NCBI GenBank assembly: GCA_963783375.1
Contig: CAWANH010000029.1
Location: forward strand, 1,024,001-1,088,000
Direction: 5' to 3'
Length of the DNA stretch: 64,000 nucleotides
DNA from: Candidatus Eiseniibacteriota bacterium
GTDB lineage: Bacteria > Eisenbacteria > RBG-16-71-46 > JABDJR01
The notes under the pieces were generated by a model. It was given only the letters and a program-made list of their open reading frames with translations. It searched no databases and had not been told where the DNA came from. A program made the position numbers and the translations under genes. Shown piece after piece: positions 1 through 9,025 of this stretch (positions are counted from its first letter, which is position 1; each line of letters opens with the position of its first letter).

Positions 1-830
1 TCCCGCTGGGACGGGAAGTCGACCCCGACGTCCTCTTCGCCCACGGGGCGGTCCTCTGGTGCGGCCAACGGGCTGGATTCCTCCGAGGACGAGCGGATCA
101 AGGACCTGGCCGACCTCCTCGCCGGCTTCCATGAGGCCGGGGGCGGGATCATCCTCGCGGGATGGTTGATGAACTTCTACCTTCCCCCGAAGATCCAGCA
201 GGTCCTGAACGTCGTCGACTGGGACCGGCCGGTCAGCGTCACTCCGACGCGCCTGCTCTCCCCCCAGCTCCCGGGACTCACGCCCATCGGCCCCGCCCCC
301 GACGTCTCCTCCGCGTTCAACTGCGCGGTGCCGGTGTTCGGCCCCGGCGGGGGGATCTATACCTACTACCGGCTGGGTTCCGAACCCAGCCTCCCCTGTG
401 CTTCGGCTCCACCGACTCCACCGGGGCCCAGATCGTGGTGCTCTCCGCCGGCCCGTCCTATCTCGATCCGGTCGCGCTGAGCCAGAACATGTCCCGCATC
501 CTCGCGACCCTCGGCCTCGATCCCGGGGTGATCGGGGTGCCGGACGGGGAGCCCCGAGGCCCACCCTCAGCCCGGCGTTCCCCAATCCCTCTCACGGAAC
601 CGCGTCGGTCAGCTTCCGGGTGGACGCCCCCTGCCCGGTCAACGCCCAGGTGTACGACCTTCAGGGGCGCCGGGTCCGGCTCTTGACCTCGGGAAACTGC
701 CCGGCAGGAGTCTCGATCCTGACCTGGGACGGCCGGGACGACACGGGCCGCCGGGCCCCGGGGGGATCTATTTCGTGCGGGTTTCCACCCAATCTTTCCG
801 TGCCTCCCGGCGCGCGTCCTCCTCCCCTGA
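1..830 (+). CDS. 3' part of a protein with a C-terminal FlgD Ig-like/T9SS-type sorting domain (5'-truncated, apparent frameshifts)
   Basis: Frames join to give ...AFPNPSHGTASVSF...VYDLQGRRVRLL...WDGRDDTGRRAPGG/IYFVRV; stop TGA at 828-830; breaks mostly at C/G homopolymers. Confidence 0.7.
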
Positions 831-903
831 TCCGTCTCAAGTTCCTCTCCCCGTGTCCGATATCCGAAGCACCCGTCCGTGTCATCCGGGGAGGAGAACG
901 TCC

Positions 904-2429
904 ATGTCTTCGACGGTCAGAACGACCCAACCTGGGTGATATCCTCACCCGACTCAAACTGATCGACGACGAGCAGGTCCGCGCCGCCCTGGAACTCCAG
1001 CAGGAGACAGGGAAGCTGTTCGGAGAGTGCCTGCTGCAGCTCGGCGCCATCGCCGAGGACGACCTTGGGTGGGCGCTCAGCAGCCAGCTCGATCTCCCGT
1101 TCATGAACGTGACCCCGGAGATGCCCGACCCGGAACTCCTGGCCCGCTTCCCCCGGGACTTCCTGCGGCGGAACCTCGTCCTTCCCCTGGTGGAGTCGGA
1201 GGACAGCCTGTCGGTGGTGCTCTCGGATCCTACCGATGAGCTCACCATGGCCCGCTTGAAGCGGCTATCGGGATGTGAGCTGCAGGCGGCGGTGGGCACC
1301 CCCACCGCGATCCGCCGGGCCCTGGACGTTCTCCTCGGTCCCGCGGCCGACGGCGATGAGGAGGCGGGGTCGACCGGGTCGTCGCCGGGGTCAAGCGTCG
1401 CGCGGCCAGCCTGGCCGCGCCCGAACTGACCCAGCTCCTGGACCGGGCGCTCACCGAAGGGGCTTCGGCCATCCATCTGGACCCCGAGGAGGGAAAGGTG
1501 CGGGTGCGGTTCCGGGTGAACGGCTATCTTGTCGAGGGGGGGGTATCCCGGCCAAGGCGATGGACGAGCTGATGGAGAATCTTCCGGGATGGCTGGGAGA
1601 TCCGATCGAGACCGCCCCCGGCGTCCATCGCTGGGGCGAGGGAGCCTCGGGAGCCGAGGCGGCGCCCTTCCGGGTGATCACGGCCGCCGGGCGGGAAGGG
1701 GCCTCCGCCACCCTCATCCTGGAAGGAATGGACTACACCCGTCGCAAGCTCTCCGCTCCGTTCGAACCGGAGTGGGACCGGCTGAACGGCCTCGTGAACC
1801 GACCCCGCGGCCTGGTGGCCGCGGTGGCGCCGTCCCTGGCCGAACGCGAGCAGCTCCTGAGCCGACTTCTGGGTCTGATCGATGTGTCCCACCGGCGCGG
1901 GTGGGTGCTGGCCCCCGAGGGGCTCGCGCTTCCCCGCCGGATCTCCTGCTTCCCCGCCGATCCCAGCCTGGAGCTCACCCGGGCCTTTGCGGAAATGGAG
2001 GGGGTGGACCTCCTGGCCGGGGTCTTCGCCGGCCCGGAACACGCGACCGTCCTTGCCGAGGCCGCCGAGCGCGACCGGCTGGTGGTGGCGGTCTTCCCCG
2101 GGAACTCCGCCCTCGGATTCCTGGCCCGGCTTCACGAGTCCGGCGTCTCCGCGGTCCTTCTCGCCGAGTCCCTCGTGGCGGTGGTGGCCCAGCGCATCCT
2201 CCCCGGGCCGGACCCGGAAGGGGCGGCCCGCGCCATCGCCGAAATTCTTTTCGTGGACACGGGGATGCGACGAACCCTCCAGAACGGGGGGCGGATCCAG
2301 GACCTTCGCGGGGCGGCCGCCGAGCAGGGGTTCGTGGAGCTCGCGGGCCGGGCCCGTTCTCTCGAGTCCGTGGACGCAACCGTGATCGACGACCTCGACC
2401 GGCACCGGTATCTGGAGGACGCGGCATGA
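904..2429 (+). CDS. GspE/PilB-like protein with N-terminal MshEN-like domain and degenerate ATPase domain (frameshifted in this sequence)
   Basis: GGAG then ATG 904; NLGDILTRLKLI..QVRAALELQ..KLFGECLLQLGAI; ALTEGASAIHLDP..VRVRFRVNG; LAESLVAVVAQRIL; stop overlaps pilT ATG. Confidence 0.7.
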
Positions 2430-3520
2430 GCCTCGACATCAACAAGCTCCTGGCTTTCACCCTGAAGCAGGGCGCCTCGGACCTCCACCTGAGCGCGGGG
2501 ATGCCCCCCATCATCCGCCTGCACGGGGAGATGACCCGGCTCGACGTTCCCGCTCTTGCCTCCGAGGAACTCGAGTCGCTCCTCAACTCGATCATGACCG
2601 AGGACCAGACCAGGGAATTCGAGAAGGCCATGGAGCTGGACTTCGCCATCGAGCTGGGGGACATGGGCCGGTTCCGGGTGAACGCCTTCAACCAGACCCG
2701 GGGGCCGGGAGCGGTGCTCCGCACCATCCCCACCCAGGTCCCCACCCTCGATGACCTCAAGCTCCCCAAGGTGCTGGCGGAATTGGCCATGAAGGAGCGC
2801 GGGCTGATCCTGGTCACCGGGCCCACCGGGAGCGGGAAGTCCACCACCCTGGCCGCCATGGTGAACCATGTGAACGAGCGCCGTCGCGGCCACATCATCA
2901 CCATCGAGGACCCGATCGAGTTCGTCCACCAATCCAAGAGCTGCCTCGTCAACCAGCGCGAGGTGGGACGGAACACCCATTCCTTTGCCGCCGCGCTCCG
3001 GAGCGCGCTGCGCGAGGACCCCGACGTGATCCTCGTGGGCGAGCTCCGCGACCTCGAGACCACCCAACTCGCCATCACCGCCGCCGAAACCGGCCACATC
3101 GTCTTCGGTACCCTGCACACCAACAGCGCGGCCAAGACGGTGGACCGCATCATCGATGTCTTCCCCAGCGGCCAACAGGCCCAGATCCGGAGCATGTTCT
3201 CCGAGTCGATCGTGGGCATCATCTGTCAGACCCTGCTCAAGACCAAGGACGGCAAGGGGCGGCTCTGCGCTCAGGAGATCCTGGTGGCGGTGGCCGCGGT
3301 CCGGAACCTGATCCGCGAGGACAAGACGTCGCAGATCATGTCGGTGATCCAGACCGGAGCCCAGCACGGCATGCAGAGCATGGACCAGTGCCTGAAGGCC
3401 CTGGTGATGGAAGGGAAGGTGGCGGCGGAAGAGGCGGCGACGAAAGCCACCATGCCCTCGATCATCCTGGGTGCGGGGAAGGACGCCGAGGGCCTGCCGC
3501 CCGCGCGCAAGGCGGCCTGA
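2426..3520 (+). CDS. pilT: Type IV pilus retraction ATPase PilT
   Basis: GASDLHLSAG, Walker A GPTGSGKST, TIEDPIE, ALREDPDVILVGE, GTLHTNS, AVRNLIRE, GMQSMDQ. Confidence 0.93.
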   Translation: MSLDINKLLAFTLKQGASDLHLSAGMPPIIRLHGEMTRLDVPALASEELESLLNSIMTEDQTREFEKAMELDFAIELGDMGRFRVNAFNQTRGPGAVLRTIPTQVPTLDDLKLPKVLAELAMKERGLILVTGPTGSGKSTTLAAMVNHVNERRRGHIITIEDPIEFVHQSKSCLVNQREVGRNTHSFAAALRSALREDPDVILVGELRDLETTQLAITAAETGHIVFGTLHTNSAAKTVDRIIDVFPSGQQAQIRSMFSESIVGIICQTLLKTKDGKGRLCAQEILVAVAAVRNLIREDKTSQIMSVIQTGAQHGMQSMDQCLKALVMEGKVAAEEAATKATMPSIILGAGKDAEGLPPARKAA

Positions 3521-3613
3521 TCAGGAGGCCGACCCGGAGATCGCCTCGACCGCCGGCCCCGGCGGAATCGACGGACGCGGGCGAGGATGTCGCGGCCGCG
3601 GGCCGGAGCCCGG

Positions 3614-4882
3614 TCAGGGTTTGAGCGCCCACTCCGCGTGGACGCTGCGGAAGAGCACCTCGTCCGCCGGCTCCATCAAGACCTCGCGTCGGGCCATGAC
3701 CCGGCGGGCGACGACCAGGGCCTTTTCCAGGTCGTAGGGAACGATCCCTCCCGAGCCGCCCCATGAGAACGAGGGCACGTGCTTCGGCCCGAACCCCGCC
3801 CCGAACACGTTGGCGCTCATCCCGACCACGGTGCCGGTGTTGGTGAGCGTCCCGATCGCGGTCTTGGAGTGATCCCCCATGAAGAGCCCCACGAACTGCT
3901 CCTCGGAGTCGATCTCACCCCCCGGGGTCCAGATCCGGACGGTGGAGTAGTTGTTCTTCAGGTCCGAGGTGTTGGTGGCCGCGCCCAGATTGGTCCAGGC
4001 CCCCAGATACGAGTGACCCACGTAGCCGTCGTGCTGCTTGTTGGCGTAGCCCTGAAAGATCGATGCCTCGACCTCTCCCCCCACCTTGCACTGCGGACCG
4101 ATGGAGACCGGGCCCTCGATCTTGGCCCCCACCTTGATCACGCTTCGCGGCCCCAGGTAGGCCGGGCCGAGGATCACCGCGTTCTGAAGCACCCGCGCCC
4201 CTTCGCCGAGGATGATCGGACCGGACCCCGCGTCGAGGATGGCCCCGGCCTCGATTCTCACCCCCTCCCGAAAGAGGATGCGGTCGCGGTGGAGGATCTG
4301 GCAGCCGGGGGCGAGCTCGGGTTCGGCCCGGGGGGTCGAGGCGTCCACCCCGGCGAAGTCGTCGACCAGGACCTCGCCGTTCCACTTCACCAGGTCCCAG
4401 AGATGGCGAACCAGGCGGATCCCCGCGGGGGCGCCGGTCACGGTGTGGTCGCGGGGGAGGGGCGACGGTCCGCCCGCGGCCAGGGCCTCCTCGAGGGTCC
4501 GCCGGAAGTCCGAGGCGGCCCGGCCGGTGACCCGCGCCGCGGCCAGCTCCCCGCTCTCCTGCACCGCCACCGCCTTGTCGAGAAGGGTGATGAGGTCGTC
4601 GAGGGCGTCTCCGAGGCAGAGGAGACGCCCGTTCAGGAACAGCACGTCGCCTTCCGCGTCGTGGTTCACCCGGTGGCCGGGGTGGTCCCGCTCCACCAGG
4701 GGGCGGAGCACCGGCCGGCAGAGGTAGTCCACCCGCTTGATGTCGCGCTGGGCGAGCTGGGCGGCAAGCCGGCGTCCGAGGCTCACCGCCCCCACCCGGC
4801 AGTCGAAAGCCGGACGGGTGAGGGTGATCGGATAGAGCCGCCGCCAGCCCACGTCCTCGAAGATCACCACCTGGCGGCTCAT
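3614..4882 (-). CDS. GlmU-like putative sugar nucleotidyltransferase / hexapeptide-repeat acyltransferase
   Basis: LYPITLTRPAFDCRVG N-terminus; hexapeptide repeats; KVGGEVEASIF, NKQHDGYVGHSYLGAWTNLGA, SDLKNNY. Confidence 0.85.
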   Translation of the reverse strand: MSRQVVIFEDVGWRRLYPITLTRPAFDCRVGAVSLGRRLAAQLAQRDIKRVDYLCRPVLRPLVERDHPGHRVNHDAEGDVLFLNGRLLCLGDALDDLITLLDKAVAVQESGELAAARVTGRAASDFRRTLEEALAAGGPSPLPRDHTVTGAPAGIRLVRHLWDLVKWNGEVLVDDFAGVDASTPRAEPELAPGCQILHRDRILFREGVRIEAGAILDAGSGPIILGEGARVLQNAVILGPAYLGPRSVIKVGAKIEGPVSIGPQCKVGGEVEASIFQGYANKQHDGYVGHSYLGAWTNLGAATNTSDLKNNYSTVRIWTPGGEIDSEEQFVGLFMGDHSKTAIGTLTNTGTVVGMSANVFGAGFGPKHVPSFSWGGSGGIVPYDLEKALVVARRVMARREVLMEPADEVLFRSVHAEWALKP

Positions 4883-6639
4883 CGTTCGCCCTCCGAAGCG
4901 GGGAAGGCCGGGTCCTTCCACGCGGTCTTTCCGTCCACCACCGTCCAGAGCGCCCGGGCGCCGAGCAGGTCCGGCGGATCGCAGGTCACGAGGTTCCGGT
5001 CGAAGACCGTGAAGTCGGCGCGCTTCCCCGGGGTCAAGGTGCCGGCCGCGGCGAGATCGCCGGAAACGTAGGCGGGGCCCGCGGTCGCCGCGACGAGGGC
5101 CTCCTCGCGGCCCAGCCGCTCCTCGGGGATCCATCCCCCTACGGGGCGGCCTTGGGCGTCCTGCCGGCTGACCGCGGCGTGGAGTCCGCGAAGCGGATCG
5201 TGGGACTCCACCGGAAAATCGCTCCCCAGGACGAACACGGCGCCCCCGTCCACGAGGGTACGCCAGGCGTAAGCCCCGTATAGCCGGTCCTTCCCCAGCC
5301 GGTCCGGCGCCCACGGCATGTCGCCGGTGCAGTGGGTGGGTTGCATGCTGGCTACCACGTGGAGGGCGCCGACCCGGGGGAGATCGGCCGGAGCGATGAT
5401 CTGGGCGTGTTCGAGGCGGACCGGGGGGCGGACGGCGGGCACGTCGCCCACCAGGGAGCGCGGAGCTTCGGGGGCCGGGGACGCCTTCGCCGCCTCCGGG
5501 TCGCTCTCCCGGATCGTGGCCCAGGCGTCGAGCACCTCCCGGTTCCCCCGGTCGCCGATGGCGTGCACCGCGCACTGGAACCCACGTTGCAGCGCGAGCG
5601 CCATCCCGGCCCGGAGAACCCCGGGTTCGGTGATCAGGAGTCCCCGGTTTTCCGGATCGTCGCTATATGCGCTCAGGAGCGCCGCCCCGCGGGAGCCGAG
5701 GGCGCCGTCGGCGTAGAACTTCACCATGCCGAGCTTGAAGCGGCCGTGGTCCCAGTCGCGGTCGGGGCCGTTTTCGAGCGCCGCCGCGAGCCCGGGGTCC
5801 GTCGCGGCTTCCGCCGGGAGATCGTTGCCCGCCGAGAGCGCGGCGTAGATCCGGATCGCGAGCCGGTTCGTCCCGGCCAACTCCCGGTAGATCGCGAGTT
5901 CCCCGGCGCTCATCCCCATATCGTGAACGGTGGTGAGGCCGACCCGGGCGAGAGTCCGGACGGCGGCTTCGATGGCCCGCGCCTTGGCTTCGCGACCGGT
6001 CCGCGGCACCACCCGCGTCACCAGACCCTCGGCATTGTCCACCAGGATCCCGGTGGGGTTTCCGTCGGGATCGCGATGGATTTTGCCTCCCGCAGGATCG
6101 GGGGTGGCCGCGGTGATCCCGGCCAGGGCCAGGGCCCGGGAGTTCACCCACAGGGCATGTCCGTCCACCCGGCTCAGGGAGATCGGGAGGTCCCCGCTCA
6201 CCCGGTCCAGGTCGAGCCGGTCGGGGAAGCGCTCCCCGGGCCAGTCGTTCTGGTCCCAGCCCCGGCCCAGGATCCACGCGTCCCCGCCGGCGGTGCGCCG
6301 GCCGGCCACCGCATCGGCCACCCGGGCCAGGGTCTCCTCCAGGGTGGCGATCCCGGTCAGGTTCACCCGTTCCAGGCTCTGGCCGAGGCCCAGGACGTGG
6401 CAATGGGCATCCACGAGCCCCGGGGTCACGAACGCCCCGTGAAGGTCGATAACCGGGGTGTCGGGGCCGGCCAGGCCGGCCACCGAGGCCTCGGAGCCGA
6501 CCGCGCGGAGGGTGGGGCCCTCCACCAGCATGGCCTCCGCCCAGAGCCGCGACGGGTCCCCGGTCCAGATCACGCCGTTCTTCAGGAGCATCGACTGCGC
6601 CTCCGTCAATCCGGCCATCGTAAGCCCGGCCAAGAACAT
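4879..6639 (-). CDS. Amidohydrolase (YtcJ-like, Amidohydro_3), probably exported; start uncertain
   Basis: PGLVDAHCH, GRGWDQNDW, KFYADGALGSRGA, HAIGDRGN, EHAQ, SMQPTH, GSDFPVE. Confidence 0.9.
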   Translation of the reverse strand: MFLAGLTMAGLTEAQSMLLKNGVIWTGDPSRLWAEAMLVEGPTLRAVGSEASVAGLAGPDTPVIDLHGAFVTPGLVDAHCHVLGLGQSLERVNLTGIATLEETLARVADAVAGRRTAGGDAWILGRGWDQNDWPGERFPDRLDLDRVSGDLPISLSRVDGHALWVNSRALALAGITAATPDPAGGKIHRDPDGNPTGILVDNAEGLVTRVVPRTGREAKARAIEAAVRTLARVGLTTVHDMGMSAGELAIYRELAGTNRLAIRIYAALSAGNDLPAEAATDPGLAAALENGPDRDWDHGRFKLGMVKFYADGALGSRGAALLSAYSDDPENRGLLITEPGVLRAGMALALQRGFQCAVHAIGDRGNREVLDAWATIRESDPEAAKASPAPEAPRSLVGDVPAVRPPVRLEHAQIIAPADLPRVGALHVVASMQPTHCTGDMPWAPDRLGKDRLYGAYAWRTLVDGGAVFVLGSDFPVESHDPLRGLHAAVSRQDAQGRPVGGWIPEERLGREEALVAATAGPAYVSGDLAAAGTLTPGKRADFTVFDRNLVTCDPPDLLGARALWTVVDGKTAWKDPAFPASEGER

Positions 6640-6753
6640 GGGAAAAAGGACCCAGGAGCCGGAGACCGAGCTTCGCCGGCCGCCGGACCCGGCCCCGAAC
6701 CGCCGATACCCCAAGCTACCGCCCCGTCCAACCCGCTCGGAGGAGACATCACC

Positions 6754-7890
6754 TTGGAGAATCAGTCGCACTCAGCCATCTCCGCCTCCGACGGACACCG
6801 GACCCCCGAACCCGAGCGGCCATCCTACCGCGCTATCCTGCGTCATGAACACCTGCTCGGCGACGACGGCCCGGCGCCTTCCGCCCCGCCGCACCGGGCC
6901 ACGCGGTGGCCGGCCCTGGCCCGGATCGGCGCGGGACTCGCGGCGTCGGCGGTCACCACCCCCTTCATCTACCTCCTGTGGCAGCCTCCCGCCCACTATC
7001 TTGTGCCCGCCGCGGCCCTTCTGGCCCTGACCGGGGTGCTGGGGGCCCAGGCCAGCCATGCGGTGACCCGAAGGGAGATCTCGGTCTGGATGACCCGGCT
7101 GGCCCGGCGGAGCGAGCGCATCTTCCGCGGGGAATCCCTTCCCCGCACCGAGCCCGACGACGTGGAGGGGTACCTCCAGGGTATGGCCCAGGGCCTGGAA
7201 ATGAGCCTGGAACGGGAGCTTCGGAACGAACGCGATGCGATTCTCTCCACCATCACCACCCTGGTCTCCGCCCTGGAGGCTCGTGACCCCTACACCCGGA
7301 ATCACTCCTCCCACGTGGCCCAGTTCGCGGTCCGGCTGGGGAAGGAGATGGGCCTCACCCGGAGCCAGCTCTACGAGATCCACCTGGCCGGACTGCTGCA
7401 CGACATCGGGAAGATCGGGATCCCGGACAGCATCCTCCTGAAGCCGGCCGGACTCACCCGCGAGGAGTACGAGGTCATGAAGACCCACCCGGTCCTGGGG
7501 GCGCGGATCCTCTCCGGCATCCCCGGGCTGTCGGCGGTGAACGAGATCGTGCTCCACCACCACGAGATGTGGGACGGGCGTGGGTATCCGGACGGACTCG
7601 CCGGGAAGGACGTTCCGCTGGGTGCGCGCATCATCGCGGCCAGCGACACGTACCTGTCGATGGTCGAGGACCGCCCCTATCGCCAGGGCCAGAAGATGAG
7701 CCGGGTGTTCAACGAGCTCCGCCGGGTGGCCGGCCGTCAACACGACCCCGACGTGGTGGACGCACTCCTGGTCATGGTCCGGCGCGAGATGGACACCTTC
7801 GGGGTGCCGCTCATCGCCGGCGTGGACAGCATGGAGGGGTTCCTCAGGGATACGCTGCCGGTCGAGAGCCCGGAGCGCGAGGCGGCGTAG
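6754..7890 (+). CDS. Membrane-anchored HD-GYP domain phosphodiesterase
   Basis: AGGAG then TTG 6754; two hydrophobic segments; EARDPYTRNHS, LLHDIGKIGIPD, HHEMWDGRGYPDGL, RPYR. Confidence 0.88.
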   Translation: MENQSHSAISASDGHRTPEPERPSYRAILRHEHLLGDDGPAPSAPPHRATRWPALARIGAGLAASAVTTPFIYLLWQPPAHYLVPAAALLALTGVLGAQASHAVTRREISVWMTRLARRSERIFRGESLPRTEPDDVEGYLQGMAQGLEMSLERELRNERDAILSTITTLVSALEARDPYTRNHSSHVAQFAVRLGKEMGLTRSQLYEIHLAGLLHDIGKIGIPDSILLKPAGLTREEYEVMKTHPVLGARILSGIPGLSAVNEIVLHHHEMWDGRGYPDGLAGKDVPLGARIIAASDTYLSMVEDRPYRQGQKMSRVFNELRRVAGRQHDPDVVDALLVMVRREMDTFGVPLIAGVDSMEGFLRDTLPVESPEREAA

Positions 7891-7944
7891 CCCAGCCCGG
7901 TCACGACATTGCTCGAGCCGCGGGCGGGAATTCCCCCCCCCGGC

Positions 7945-8895
7945 TCAGTCCCGGTCGAAGAGCGCGGCGGCGAACGCCTCGGCTTCGAATGGCGCGAGAT
8001 CCTCCATCCCCTCCCCCAGACCCAGGAACCGGACCGGGATCCCGAGCTGATCGGCGATGGCCACCACCACCCCGCCCTTGGCCGTTCCGTCCACCTTGGT
8101 GAGCACCAAACCGGTGATCTCCATCACCTGCCCGAACTGCCTGGCCTGCTGGATGGCGTTCTGGCCGGTGGTGGCGTCGAGCACCAGGAGCACCTCGTGA
8201 GGGGCCCCGGGGACGCGCTTGCCGACCACGCGGCCGATCTTCCGGAGCTCCTCCATCAGGTTCACCTTGGTCTGGAGGCGGCCGGCGGTATCCACCAGGA
8301 CCACGTCCACGCCTCGGGCCTGGGCGGCGCCCACCGCGTCGTAGGCCACCGAAGCCGGGTCCGCGCCCGACTGGTTGGCGATCAGCTCCACCCCCGCGCG
8401 GTCGGCCCAGATCCGGAGCTGCTCCACCGCGGCGGCCCGGAAGGTGTCGGCGGCGGCCACCAGGACCGTCTTCCCTTCGCCCCGGTAGTGATGGGCCAGC
8501 TTGCCGAGGGTGGTGGTCTTCCCCGTCCCGTTCACCCCGACCAGGAGCACCACCCGGGGCTTCACCTCCGCCTCCGCCGGCGCCGCGCCCTCGCCCTTCC
8601 GAAGGATCGCGGCCACTTCTTCGGCCAGGACCTCCTCCAGCGCCGCCCCGTCGGCCAGACCGTCGGTCTTGATTCGCTCCCGAAGGCGCACCACCAGCTT
8701 CTCCGCCGCCGCCACCCCGACGTCGCCGGCGATCAAGGCCTCTTCCAGGTCCTCCCAGGTCTCCTCGTCGATCCGTGGCCGCCCGGTCAGCGCCTTGTGG
8801 ACGTTTTCGGCCAGGTTTCGCCGGGTGCGGTCGAGGCTCTCCTTGAGCTTCGCTCCGCCCAGGGTCTCTTTGAGCTTTCCGAAGAACTTGCGCAT
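7945..8895 (-). CDS. ftsY: SRP receptor FtsY
   Basis: [36 protein letters not shown]. Confidence 0.96.
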   Translation of the reverse strand: MRKFFGKLKETLGGAKLKESLDRTRRNLAENVHKALTGRPRIDEETWEDLEEALIAGDVGVAAAEKLVVRLRERIKTDGLADGAALEEVLAEEVAAILRKGEGAAPAEAEVKPRVVLLVGVNGTGKTTTLGKLAHHYRGEGKTVLVAAADTFRAAAVEQLRIWADRAGVELIANQSGADPASVAYDAVGAAQARGVDVVLVDTAGRLQTKVNLMEELRKIGRVVGKRVPGAPHEVLLVLDATTGQNAIQQARQFGQVMEITGLVLTKVDGTAKGGVVVAIADQLGIPVRFLGLGEGMEDLAPFEAEAFAAALFDRD

Positions 8896-8975
8896 GGGTT
8901 TTCCGTTCGGAATCGGTGGACCGGGAGGCGCGATGAGGGTTCGGGGCCCGGACCGTGCGCCGCCCAAAATGAGCG

Positions 8976-9004
8976 GGGCGGGGCCGAACCGGCGACCCCG
9001 CCCC
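8976..9004 (-). terminator. GC hairpin between smc and ftsY, possible terminator or attenuator
   Basis: GGGGCGGGG...CCCCGCCCC stem; short T run nearby on the minus strand. Confidence 0.4.
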
Positions 9005-9025
9005 GAACCCGGAAAGAATATCAGG

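Noticed and set aside
1-1560. Pseudogenes or phase variation
   Set aside because: Many frameshifts are clustered, mostly at C/G homopolymers, while protein motifs remain recognisable, which is typical of low-quality long-read consensus.
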